A DNA stretch of 63,146 bases, filler included, from Malassezia furfur (taxonomy: Eukaryota): assembly GCA_052055015.1 (NCBI GenBank). It is 12 parts of 12 records of this genome, joined end to end, with 100 filler letters (N's around TTAATTAATTAA, not from the genome) between each part and the next. Parts side by side here need not be neighbours in the genome. Positions count along the whole stretch, not along the records: positions 10,637 to 15,851 come from JBQJIT010000620.1; positions 15,952 to 21,165 come from JBQJIT010000621.1; positions 21,266 to 26,476 come from JBQJIT010000622.1; 9 more parts are not named here. One strand, given 5' to 3'. Under the pieces are notes generated by a model. That model saw nothing but the letters and a program-made list of their open reading frames with translations. It ran no database searches and was not told where the DNA came from. Of this stretch, positions 11,431 through 22,488 are shown piece after piece (position 1 is the first letter of the stretch; each line of letters starts with the position of its first letter). A program made the position numbers and the translations under genes.

Positions 11431-14269
11431 TTACGCCCCGCTCTCCGCCGGCCCGAAGCGCTTGGTAATGGTGCCATCGGCCTCCGAGTACACGTAACCA
11501 TTCGCCTTGAACACGCGGCTGAGCAGGAATGGACGCACATCGTACAGATCGAGCTCCTTGGCGCGCGTCTCGAGCTCGCTGAGGGGCACCGTGACGGTGG
11601 TGGGCATCTCGGCCTGGCGCCGCGTGCCGCCGTACCGCGAGAACCGCATCTTGTCCTTCACGATCCCGCCCAGCAGGAACGCCAGCAGTTCGTCGGCGTC
11701 GCGCGCCTGGTGGATGTACTTGCGGAAGCCACGCTCGAGCGTGCGCTTGATGCTCATCTTTTGCGCACTCACGAAGCTCTCGACCGTGGCACGGATCGCA
11801 ACGTCGATATCGACCGCACGCACATAGTCGCGCAGGTGCATCTTGGCACTCGCCTCGGCCATACGGATCATGCTCTCCAGGTGACGCACGGTGATGGGGT
11901 AGGACCCCGTGTTGAGCGACTCACGGCGCAGATCGACGTACAGACGCGACAACCGCTCCTCGTCGAGCGCGTCGAGGCGCGGCGTGATCCGATCCCGCGC
12001 GTACGTAATGTACTTGCGCAGCATGTCCTGCGGGATGATGTCGGCATCCCAGGTCGTCGCGACGCGCTGTTCATCCACCTCGTCGTCAAACAGCGGGTGC
12101 GCACGCGCGTGCGAGCTCACCACAAAGCGTGCCAGCATCTCGTCGTGCACCGGGTCGACCGTGTCCTTCACGACGCATAGCACGTCGAAACGGCTCAGAA
12201 TCGGCTCGGTCAACTCCACGTTCTGGCTAAAGGGCAGCGTAGGGTTGTAACGCCCACGGATCGGGTTCGCCGCAGCGACGATCGCGCAGCGTGCCTGCAG
12301 CGTCGCGATGATGCCTGCCTTGGAGATCGAGATGCTCTGCTGCTCCATCGCCTCGTGGATCGACGTGCGGTCCGCGTCGTTCATCTTGTCAAACTCGTCG
12401 ATGAGGCACACACCCTTGTCGGCCAGCACGAGCGCACCGCCCTCGAGTGTCCATTCGCGCGTGACCGGATCGCGGCGCACGCTCGCGGTCAGACCGACGG
12501 CCGAGGCGCCCTGGCCCGTGGCAAATACGGCGCGGCTCGCCGTCTTCTCGACGTACTTGAGGAACTGTGACTTGGCCGTACCAGGGTCACCGAGCAACAG
12601 GACGTTGATGTCGCCGCGAATGCGGTGCTTCCCGCCGACGTCCTTCGACACGCCGCCAAACAGGCTGAGCGCGATGGCCGTCTTGATGCTCTCATGCCCG
12701 TAGATACTCGGCGCAATGCTCTTGATGATCCGCTTGCCGATGCGGTCGTCGCGCGCCAGCGCACGGATCGCCTGCTCGTCATCCTCGGTGAGGCGGAACG
12801 CGGCATACGCATCGTCGCGCTTCGCGATGTGGTTCGCCTCGATCACCGTCGCAAACACGGGGAAGCCGTTCTTCGTGTTGAGCGCCGCATCAAAGTTGTT
12901 ACGGTAGATGCCCGTCACTTCAACCTCCTCACCGGGCTTCACAGCATCCACCAGGTCCCACAGCAAGATCACCTCGCGGTGCCGCGGCAGGCGGCCGGGC
13001 GGCACGCTCCCGGGTGACTCTTGCAGCGTCATCTTTTGGTAGTTGCGGTACACCGTCTGCTCCGAGTTCACACGGAAGGGGCCGCGGCGCGAGCAGTTGC
13101 TGCAGTAGCTGATCTTCAGCTCCTGGTTCGCGTCCTGCCAAAACGGCCCGAGCACCTCGCCACAGCTCAGACAGTCGAACTTGACGTACTTCAGCTGCGG
13201 GAACACGCCCGAGCGCCGCGTCACCACGCCGCTCACGCGCACCAGCGAGTTGAGGTTGCTCTGGCGCAAGTCGCGCAGCGTCACCGACGTCGGCAGATCG
13301 GTAATGCGCACGTGGATCTCGGAATGGATGCGGTCGTACGACGGGTAGTAGAGCAACACAACGTCGAACGCCACCTCGTCAAAGATGGGCAGGATGCTCG
13401 CCGGAGAGTTGGCAAGGAAGTAGGCCAGAATCGCCTTGGCCTCGACGAGCTGTAGGAAGGATACCTCGAGCGACTCGAGGTTAAGCTCACCGAGCGTCTT
13501 GATCCGCTGCCCGTACACACTCACACCTTGCTCATCGACGTAGGTCACCAAAAAGTTGCGGAACTCGCGCACAATTGTCCGCCGCACGTTTTCGGTTGCG
13601 ACCCACGCCGCAATGCTGTCCGCCTTGACGTCGCCCAGCTGCTCGATCGGCAGCTCGTCCTCGAGACGCTCCTCATCACGCTCCTCATCGTAGTGCCGTC
13701 GCCGCCGCCGGTGCAGCACGTCGTCTTCGCTCTCCTCGTCACTCTGAAGGAAGGTGGGCGCACGTCGCGAAATGCGCCCGACGCCCTCGGCGCGGTCGCG
13801 ACGCGCCATGCGCAGCTCGGCCAGCCGACGCGCATCCGTACTCATCCGCTCAACATAGGCGTCGTCCATTCCTTCTGAGGTGTACTGGTCCAGCTCAGGA
13901 TTCGCGGTGTAATCACTGGTGTCAGTGCACGCGACACGACGTACGCTTCAAGGGTGTCGCCAAACAGATCCTCGCCCTCGCCTTCCTCGATGCCGTCGTC
14001 CAGATCACGCACACCCTCTTCCTCGTCCAGCACGCTGCGCTCTTCCGCGTCATCGCCGTCGGTCAGGTCGGACAACGCGCCGGGTGGACTCGAGGTCGGC
14101 AGCGACGACGGCGGAATCGACGACGCACGCTCGTTCCCTGCATCACTCTCTCCGGATGCTGCCCATGGCGACGATGGGTCTAGCGGTCCACGCGACGTTG
14201 AACGCCGCCGTTTGCGCCCACTGGCGTCACGATCGGAAGACTGTGCGTTAGTCCGCGCTCACGTACCAT
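11431..14269 (-). CDS. MCM2: DNA replication licensing factor Mcm2, 3 exons
   Basis: GDPGTAKSQ, IDEFDKM, SRFD and a zinc finger. ATG-only first coding exon (14267-14269); introns 14241-14266 (26 nt) and 13916-13944 (29 nt). Confidence 0.96.
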
Positions 14270-14330
14270 GCCCGTGGAGGTCGACGAGGCGCCGCGCGAC
14301 GGAAGCTTATGTAAGTCCTTCGCGCGCGCG

Positions 14331-15671
14331 ATGAGCACAGCGTGTCTGGCTTGTGCGCTGCTGGACCACAGCGCGGCGGTCGCCGCGTCGTCGCACGCGA
14401 GCGCACGCCTGCCCCAGAATAAGCAACTTGTGATCCTAGAAGGTAGCTTGGCGCAATCAGCAGCGTGCGTCGTGCGCGAAATGGTGCGCAGGAACGAGGC
14501 GCGGTACGTTGCTTCCTGCTGACGCAGCGGCGAAGCCAGCCTGGTCGTGTGTCTGGCGCACACGCCCGCAGAACTCGGGGCATCTGCGCAGCTGAACTTT
14601 GCGCGCACACCCTCACTGACCCTACGGGAGCTGGAATACCGCCTACGGGAGCGGATTCAATGCACCTCGGGGCGCGTCATGCTTGTCCTGGACGCGCTCG
14701 ATGCCTTGCTAGACAAGACGGGGTGCAGCGTGCCTGAGGCCCACGCAATGATTGCGCGTCTTACCAAAGCGCTCCCGAATTACTCACGCCTGGTCGTCGT
14801 GTCGGCCGTGGACGCCAGCCCTGCGGCGCTGGCCGTCGTCGCGTCGCTCTCCTCACCGCTCTTTTGGAGCGGACAGAAACCAGAGCAGCGCATGCATGAC
14901 GGCCCGTGGACCCATGCCACTCTTTTTGCGCGGGTACACCCTGTTGCGCTCATTCGGCACCTGTATACCACCTATGGCCTTACGCCGCCCACCTCAAGTC
15001 CACCGCTGCGCCGCGCCGCGTACGCAGAAGCAGGGCAGACGCCGCCGCCGGTTGACGAGCACAAGCTCGACCCCCGCTTTTGGAGCGTGCTTCACAGCGT
15101 CGCAAGCCGCGGGCCGTTTGGCGTGGATGGCGCCAAGGGCGGCTGGTGGAATGCATCGCGCACAACGCATCTGCACGACCTCGACGCACTCGCTGCGCCA
15201 CACTCGCCCGAGCTGAGTGCCGAGCAGGTCCTAGGATTGCACAACGACACCAGCGAACTGTATACCAAAGGCATCGGCTTCCTTGAGCTGCATGCGACGA
15301 TGGCGCACGGCAAATACGCCGAAGAGCTGGCGGCTTGTGCGCACGACCCACAGCCCCAACGCGGCGCGCGTCTGCGCCTGCTGGCACTTGATATGGGCAC
15401 AAGCGTGCCATCAGCGACGTCGCAAGCCGTCGCGGCAGACCCCCACACGAGTCTTGTCCAGCAACTGCCCTTCAACCTGCAAGAAACGGGCGAGCAGCGC
15501 GAACGACGCGAGCAGGTTGCGCTGCCATACGCCTACCAGCTCCATGGTGCGCAGGAAATTGCGCCGGAGTCGGCGTGGCGCGGGTCCACTGGCCAGAGCG
15601 CCATTTTCTTCGAACCCGAAAGCGAGGACGACGAGGATGACGATGATCCTGACGATGACTTGGACGTGTAA
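14331..15671 (+). CDS. ELP5: Elongator complex subunit Elp5 (Iki1), 2 exons
   Basis: C-terminal LPFNLQETGEQRERREQVALPY...IFFEPESEDDEDDDDPDDDLDV signature; 24-nt intron 14504-14527 containing an in-frame TGA. Confidence 0.83.
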
Positions 15672-15769
15672 CTACATAGCCAGTTTCTCGAGCACCTTGT
15701 TTGCGAACAGCACACCGGCCACTGAGCATGTCGCCCAGATAAAGATCCGCCATTTGGACGCCGCATTTT

Positions 15770-15808
<39 letters not shown>

Positions 15809-15851
15809 CGGCATCGTCGGATGCCGGCGGTGTCGGATTGGCGGACGTGGC
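15672..15851 (-). CDS. 3' fragment of a protein ending in a hydrophobic tail anchor (possibly Ubc6-like)
   Basis: ...DDAASAPAPAPAPAPAQNAASKWRIFIWATCSVAGVLFANKVLEKLAM*, open to the contig edge. Identity is not determinable from this fragment. Confidence 0.5.
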
Positions 15852-15951
15852 NNNNNNNNNNNNNNNNNNNNNNNNNNNNNNNNNNNNNNNNNNNNTTAAT
15901 TAATTAANNNNNNNNNNNNNNNNNNNNNNNNNNNNNNNNNNNNNNNNNNNN

Positions 15952-17111
15952 TGCACCGCGCGCCGCCGTCGCCCGCGGCGCGCACGTCGCCGCTGCCGCC
16001 CGCGGAGCGCGAGGTGCGCATCGGCATGAGCGGCCTGCGCAACTTTGGCAACACGTGCTACATGAATGCGACGCTGCAGTGCCTGAGTGCGACGGTGGTG
16101 CTGTCGCGCTACATGCTGGACGGCACGTTTTCGAAGGCGATCAACGTGCACAACCCGCTCGGGACGCGCGGGGCGCTTGCCGAGGCGTACGCGCAGCTGC
16201 TGCGTGCGCTGTGGTCGCAGCAGTTTGCGACGCTGTCGCCGCGCACGTTCCGCGAGGCGATTGCGCGCTTTGCGCCCGCGTTCGGCACGCCCGACCAGCA
16301 GGACAGCCAGGAGTTCCTCACGTTCCTGCTGGACGGGCTGCACGAGGACCTGAACCTCGTGCAGCAGCGCCCGCCGGCGATCGAGCTCGGCGAGGCGCAG
16401 CAGGCGGAGCTGGAGCGGCTCCCGCCGCAGCTCGCGAGCGTCGCGGAGTGGAGCATGTACCGGCGGCGCAACGACAGCATCGTGGTGGACGCGTTCCAGG
16501 GGCAGCTGCGCAACCAGCTGCGGTGCCTGTCGTGCGGCCACACGTCGACGACGCACAACGCCTTCCTGTCGCTGTCGCTGCCGGTGGCGCACGGGCGCGG
16601 CGTGTCGTCGACGACGCTGCTGCAGTGCCTCGACCTGTTCGTCCGCGAGGAGATCCTCGAGAAGAGCAACGCGTGGAACTGCCCGCGGTGCAAGAAGCCG
16701 CGGCGCGCGACGAAGCGGCTGAGCCTGTCGCGCCTGCCGCCGATCCTCGTGGTGCACCTGAAGCGCTTCACGTACAAGGGCCCCGCGACGCACAAGATCG
16801 ACACGCCCGTGCACTTCCCCACGACGGGCCTCGACCTGTCGAACTACATGCCGCCGCCGCTCCCGCCGGGCACCGCCGTGCAGGGCATCCCGGCGAGCGA
16901 GAGCCAGCGCCCGCCGTACGTGTACGACCTGTACGCGGCGACGCACCACTTCGGCACGCTCGCCTCGGGGCACTACACGGCGTCGGTCAAGAACCAGTCG
17001 ACGTGGTTCTACTGCGACGACGCGCGCATCACGCCCGACGACCCCGCGCGCCTCCAGAGCCGCTCGCCGTACGTGCTCTTTTTCCGCCGCCGGCCCCGTA
17101 GCCCTAGCTGA
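15952..17111 (+). CDS. DOA4: Ubiquitin C-terminal hydrolase Doa4/Ubp5 (USP8-like), 5'-truncated
   Basis: Cys box GLRNFGNTCYMN, QQDSQEF, LDGLHEDLN, His box HFGTLASGHYTA. Confidence 0.87.
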
Positions 17112-17122
17112 CTAAGCGCACC

Positions 17123-18073
17123 ATGCTCTCCTGGCAAGGCGTGCGCGCCGCGTACCGTGCGCAGGTCGCGCGGCGCCCGACGCTCTTCTACGGCGTGCCG
17201 TTCGTCACGACGATCGTCGTCGGCTCGTTTGCGCTCGCGCAGCTCACGCAGATCCGCTACACACAGCACAGCGAGCGCCACCGCGCCGTGTCGCAGGAAG
17301 AACAGCTCCGCCTCAAGCACGACCGCAAGCGCCTCGACATCCGCGAAGAGTACTTCAAGCTCATGGCCAAGGACGACAAGCTCGGCGACTGGGAGCCCAA
17401 GCGCGTCGAGCGGCCCGCGGGCATGCCAGAGTGGGGCGGCATGCCCCAGGCTCCCCCGCCGGGCAAGGAGGCCGTCGACGCCGACCTCACGCCCAACTCG
17501 TCCTCGTCGTTCTTTGCGCGCCGCACCGCGCACGCAGAGGAGCGCCCACAGGGCGAGGAGGACACACACGCCCCGCCGCCCGCCGCGCGCAAACCCGCCG
17601 TGGTGCTGGGGCCAGACGGCAAGCCGTGCCGCGCGTGCAATGCGCGCGTCGCGTTCAGCGCCGCGATGCGCGCCCAGCCCCGCACTGCGCCCGCCAAGCC
17701 GCCGCAGGACGCGTGCCCGCCCGACATCGAGGAGCTCGGGCGCAGCACATGGACCTTCCTGCACAGCGCCGCGGCCTACTTCCCCGACGCGCCGAGCGCC
17801 GAGCAAAAGCACGCGATGCAGGCGCTGCTCGATGCGCTGCCGCTCGTGTACCCGTGCGCGACGTGCGCCGAAGAGCTGCGCGAAGAGTACGCGCGGCAGC
17901 CGCCGACCGCGCGCGTCGATGCGGTCGAGAGCGCCACGACGCTCCAGGCGTACGTGTGTACGCTGCACAACGAGGTCAATGCGCGCCTCGGCAAGCCGCT
18001 CTGGGACTGTGCGGACCGCGCACGGCTGCGTCACCGGTGGTACGAGCCGGAGGACGAGAGCGCGTGTGTGTAG
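17123..18073 (+). CDS. Cox16-Erv1 fusion protein (cytochrome c oxidase assembly factor + FAD-linked sulfhydryl oxidase)
   Basis: aa 1-105 is Cox16-like (PTLFYGVPFVTTIVVGSFALAQLTQIRY, DIREEYFKL, DWEPKRVERP). aa ~160-316 is Erv1-like (GKPCRAC, CPPDIEELGRSTWTFLH, YPCATCA, CTLHNEVNARLGKPLWDC). No stop or consensus intron lies between them. Confidence 0.88.
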   Translation: MLSWQGVRAAYRAQVARRPTLFYGVPFVTTIVVGSFALAQLTQIRYTQHSERHRAVSQEEQLRLKHDRKRLDIREEYFKLMAKDDKLGDWEPKRVERPAGMPEWGGMPQAPPPGKEAVDADLTPNSSSSFFARRTAHAEERPQGEEDTHAPPPAARKPAVVLGPDGKPCRACNARVAFSAAMRAQPRTAPAKPPQDACPPDIEELGRSTWTFLHSAAAYFPDAPSAEQKHAMQALLDALPLVYPCATCAEELREEYARQPPTARVDAVESATTLQAYVCTLHNEVNARLGKPLWDCADRARLRHRWYEPEDESACV

Positions 18074-18307
18074 GCACGCAGGGGATCGTAGGCGAACGCA
18101 TGGGCATAGAATGGGTCTATGGCAGATGGGGGAAAGGCGCGGCACGGCACGCGGCTGCCGCACACGCGGCGCACGCGCCACCGTGCCCGCACACTTGCGG
18201 CATGCCGCGCCGCCACCACCCGGGCGCGCGGCTCGGCAGCGGCCCGCCGAGCCGCCGGGCACACGCGGCGCTCGGACCGCCGCGCCACCGTATCGGGCGA
18301 TCGGGCC

Positions 18308-19237
18308 TCACGCGTCGGCGGGCGCCTCGCGGTCGTAGGTGCGCGGCGCACGCCCGGGCGACGCATCGCGCCGCGGCGCACGGTCGTAGCGCGGGCGGTC
18401 GTAGCCGCCGCGCTCGCGGCCGACGTAGCCACGGGCGCGGTCGTACGGGCGGTCGCGGCGCGGGGGGCCGTCGCGGCGTTTCGGCGGGCCGAGGTACTGC
18501 CCCGGCGTCGGCACACGCGCACGCGCACGGCGCGCGACCTGCACCGAGATCGCGCGGTCGTGCAGCACGTGCCCGTTGAGCGCCTCGACCGCCTTCGCCG
18601 CGTCGTCCACCTCGGCAAACGTCACGAACCCAAACCCACGTGGCTCCTGCGAGTGGGGGTCGCGCATGACCTGCGCCTGGACGAGCGTGCCGAACGGCGC
18701 AAAGAGCGCCTCGAGGTCCGCGTCCTGCGTCTCGCGCGCAAGCGACGACACGTGCAGGTTGTTGCCGGGGTTCGGATCGTCGTCGTCCTGCGGCGCGCGG
18801 CGCGGCGCGTCGTAGTCGCGCCGGTCGCCGCGGCGGTCGCGGAAGCGGTCGTCGCGCGGCCGGTCGTCGCGGTAGCGGTCGCGCGGCCGGTCGTTGTCGC
18901 GGAAACGGTCGCGCGGCCGGTCGTCATCGCGGTAGCGGTCGCGCGGCCGGTCGTCGTCGCGCTCGTAGCGGTCGTAGCGCGGGCGGTCGTCGCGCGGGCG
19001 GTCGTCGCGCTCGTAGCGGTCGTCCCGGGGCCGGTCGTCCCGGGGCCGGTCGTAGCGCTCGCTGCGATAGCCGCCGCGATAGCGGTCGCGATCGTCGCGC
19101 GGCGCGTCGTAGCGGTCGCGCGCATAGCGTGCGTCGTCACGGTGTCCACCGTCGTCGCGTGCACCCGCATCGCGCGCCTCGGGCGCATCCGCGCGCACGT
19201 CGCGCACCTCGTCCGCCTCGCGTGCTTCGTCCTGCAT
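18308..19237 (-). CDS. Tra2-like RRM RNA-binding protein with RD/RY-rich repeats
   Basis: NPGNNLHVSSL (RNP2), RGFGFVTF (RNP1), ARRARARVPTPGQYLGP. Confidence 0.85.
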   Translation of the reverse strand: MQDEAREADEVRDVRADAPEARDAGARDDGGHRDDARYARDRYDAPRDDRDRYRGGYRSERYDRPRDDRPRDDRYERDDRPRDDRPRYDRYERDDDRPRDRYRDDDRPRDRFRDNDRPRDRYRDDRPRDDRFRDRRGDRRDYDAPRRAPQDDDDPNPGNNLHVSSLARETQDADLEALFAPFGTLVQAQVMRDPHSQEPRGFGFVTFAEVDDAAKAVEALNGHVLHDRAISVQVARRARARVPTPGQYLGPPKRRDGPPRRDRPYDRARGYVGRERGGYDRPRYDRAPRRDASPGRAPRTYDREAPADA

Positions 19238-19285
19238 CGCGGTGGGGAAGAACACGTGCACGGGACGCCCGATCGCCCGATGCGA

Positions 19286-20740
19286 TTAGAAGCCCAGCGA
19301 CGCGCGCAGCTCGTGCTCGAGCTCCGCCGCGGCGTCCGGCGCGGCGTCCGCGGGCTGCGTGCGCGCGTCGGCGGCGCGCTTCGACGCGGCCTCTGCGTCG
19401 AATGCCGAGGTGTCTGCGTAGGGCGCATCGGCGCGGCACCGCGCGCACGCGCACGGGCCGAAGCAGTAGTCGCGCCAGAGCAGCAGGCGGCGGCGCTCGG
19501 TCGGCAGCGCCGGGTCGATGTAGCTGATCACCAGCTCGTCGCCGTCGCGGATCGGGTGGAGCGCCTCGGCGCTGATGCGCGTCGCGGCGCGCACGCCGCC
19601 GCGGCTCGGCACGTGCCGGATGCGCACGTTCGGGTCGCAGTCGTGGTTGAGGTAGGAGTGCACCAAGTCTGCGTGAGTCGCGCGCACGTACACATCCCGC
19701 CGTGGCTCTCCATGTTGATGTTGGCGCGGCCCAGCATGCTGTGGTCAGTGTGGCGCCGCAACGTACCGTAGGAACGCGTCGTAGGAAAACACGCGGTCAA
19801 GGTCCGCCGCAGGGAACGCCGCGGCGCGCACGGGGAACGAGCGTGCGCGCTTCGGCTCGCGCGGGTCGAGCGTGCGCACAAGCAGCTCGTGCGCGGCGCG
19901 CAGCGCCGGCACAAACATGCGCGCCTCGACGTCCCAGCCGGGGTTGCGCGCGCGCCGCTCGAGCTCCGACACGGTCGCGAACGCGTCGAGGTGGTGCAGC
20001 GTCTCGGCGAACGAGGCCGGCGCGTCCTTGGTCGCGACGCCGTGCACGGTCGCGCCGGTGGTGGGCGACACGCTCGGCGGGGGGTGTGCGGACGCGGTGA
20101 GGAGCAGGCGGCTCAGCGCGCGCGCGACGGTGTGCAGCGAGTGCCACTGGTACTGCTCGAGGTGCTGGAGCAGCGCGTCCGCCGCCGGGTTCGTGCCGGG
20201 GCACAGCAGGGGATGGTGCGCCGCCTGGGCGCGCGCGAGGCACACGCGGTTGCAGAAGCGCGCATGGCACTTGCCGCCGGCCGCGCACGCGACCGCGAGC
20301 GAGCTGTTGGAGGTCGGCAGGAAGCAGTGGGTGCACAGCTCGCCGCTGAGCATCTTGGCGAGCTGGCTCGGCGGCGGCGCGGCGACGTACGCGTCTTCGA
20401 CCCACACCGACTGGCCCTGGGCGAACGGCTTGGTCGCGACGAGGCCACGGCCCTTGACGGGGTCAAAGTACACGGCGCGCACGCCGTGGGGGAGCGGGAC
20501 GGTCTCGTCGACGCTCGACACGGGCACCCACGGCTGCTGCTGCTGCCGCGCGTGGGCGGGGTCCTTGCGCAGGCCGGCGGTGGTGAGCAAGTTCTTGAGC
20601 CGCTTTTCGCTCAGCGACCACCCGTGCTCGGCCCGCAGCGCCGCGAGCAGCTTGGCGATGCCAGGCGCAGGCTGTGTGCTTTCGAGGCGCGCGCGCGCGG
20701 CGCGCACCACTTCTTCGTCGCTCGGCACGACGTCTGGCAT
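19286..20740 (-). CDS. SET5: SET/MYND lysine methyltransferase Set5 (SMYD-like), 3 exons
   Basis: KGRGLVA, CTHC...CHARFCNRVC; introns 19739-19766 (28 nt) and 19669-19691 (23 nt) restore GGMYLVHSYLNHDCDPNV; ELVISYID, CACARC. Confidence 0.85.
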
Positions 20741-20957
20741 GGTCGTGTGCACAAAAAAGGGCGGATTCTTCGGACCTCCACATGCGAAGAAGTCGGACTG
20801 AGGGGGTACGAAAGGTACAGAAGCACGCTGCGCCCCCTCCCAGCGCGTGCGCCGCGGCCTCAGCACACGATACCTTGCACCCACGCACGGCGCGCGTACG
20901 CCGCACGGCGCGCCTGCTCACGGCCTCTGCTGTCATCCGCACCGGTCTCCCTATGTC

Positions 20958-21165
20958 CTACAGACCATTCGTGTACGTCGGGCGCATCGGCGCACGGAAC
21001 GCATACGAGGTGGGCGGCACGCTGCCGTGCGCACTCGCGCTGCCGGGCGCCGGCGAGCCGAGCGGCTTGCCGATCGGCGCGAGCGGGTCGCTGCCATGCG
21101 TAAGCAGCGCGCCGTCCGGCTCGAGCGCGCCGGGCTGCTCAAACGCGAGGCGCGTGCGGTCCCAG
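20958..21165 (-). CDS. 3' fragment of an unidentified protein
   Basis: Open frame from the contig edge, WDRTRLAFEQPGALEPDG...PTYTNGL*, with host-like codon usage. Confidence 0.4.
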
Positions 21166-21266
21166 NNNNNNNNNNNNNNNNNNNNNNNNNNNNNNNNNNN
21201 NNNNNNNNNTTAATTAATTAANNNNNNNNNNNNNNNNNNNNNNNNNNNNNNNNNNNNNNNNNNNNC

Positions 21267-22457
21267 CGCGACGACCGCCCGCGGCCCGCCGCAGCGTCGC
21301 CGGCGAGCGGCTTTGCGGCGCTGGACGCTCCGCCGCGCGACACCTACGGGGCACGCTGGGCGTCGCCACGCAGCGTATACCAGCCAGACACGTCGATCGC
21401 GTCGAATCCATCGCCGCTCGCGCAGCGCCCAGCACAGCCCGCATCGCCCTTCCATCCGGGGTCGCTCGAGACACCCACACGGCGCGCCCCGCCGCGCTCG
21501 TCGAGCATGGCCTCGGTCTCGCCGTTTGCGCCAAGCACAGGACGTCGGCACCGCCCCATCTACTTTGGCGGCGGCGCCTCGCCTCATCCCAGCAACTACT
21601 CGCCGATGCGCACCAGTCTCGGCGCGTCGCGGTCCATGAACGCTCTGCCGCCCAACGACGACCCGAAACGGCGCAAGACCGAGGCCTCACCCAGCGCAGC
21701 CTTCCCGGTGCAATATGCCGCACCTTCTGTGCCGCTCCCTGCGTCGCCCGCGCATGCGCCCACACGCAAGCGCGCCGCGCCGGAGGCCGTCGAGCGGGCG
21801 GACGATGCGCTGCGCACGATTCGCGCCGCCATGGGCGAGCCGCCGCTCGCTGCTGAGCCTGCTGCAGAAGTGCCGTCACCGCGCCCGACGCGCGCCGCGT
21901 CGACGATGCGCTCGGTGCTCGAGACGTCTGCGCCGCGGAACTATACGCCGCCGGTGCCTGAGGTGGTCAACCCGTACCAGACGCGCTCGCGCGCATCGCC
22001 GTCGCCTGCACCGTCGCCCACTCGCACACAGACGCCCAAGTCGACGCGCGCACGCGCCTTGGAAGCGGCCCGGCAACGCGCGTCGACGAACGCGTCGGCG
22101 AGCAAGGCCCAGGATACTGACGCGCCACCGAAAGTGTCGCTTCTTGATATGGTCGAGCGCACAGCGCCTGCATCAGTAGCTCCCTCGCCGCGGCGATCGC
22201 GGCGTCTGCAGGCTGCAGAGGATGAGGAGCCGCGTGCCGCCGCGGGCGAGCCCGAGCTGCTCGATGCGCCCAAGGCTGCATGGCAGCACAGGCCCAAGAA
22301 GCCGTCGCCGCTCGCCATCAATGCGGAGAAAGAGGCGGCGCGTAGCGACACGCCCGAGACGAATGCGGTCAAGACCGACGCTCGTCCTGAGCCCGCCGCG
22401 CCGACGCCGCGCAAGGACGAGCCAAAGGTGGCGCCAGCGGCTCCGGCGCCCACAAAC

Positions 22458-22488
<31 letters not shown>

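Noticed and set aside
14520..14522. In-frame stops in ELP5, SEC18 (31571-31573), RRF1 and F-box 1 as read-through, recoding or pseudogenes
   Set aside because: Each stop is part of the branch-point motif (CTGAC/CTAAT) of a canonical 21-24-nt GT-AG intron.
17350..17371. Possible 22-nt intron (gtactt...ctcat..aag) that might separate COX16 from ERV1
   Set aside because: The donor lacks the +5 G present in the other introns here, and removing it would destroy the conserved Cox16 EEYFKL motif.
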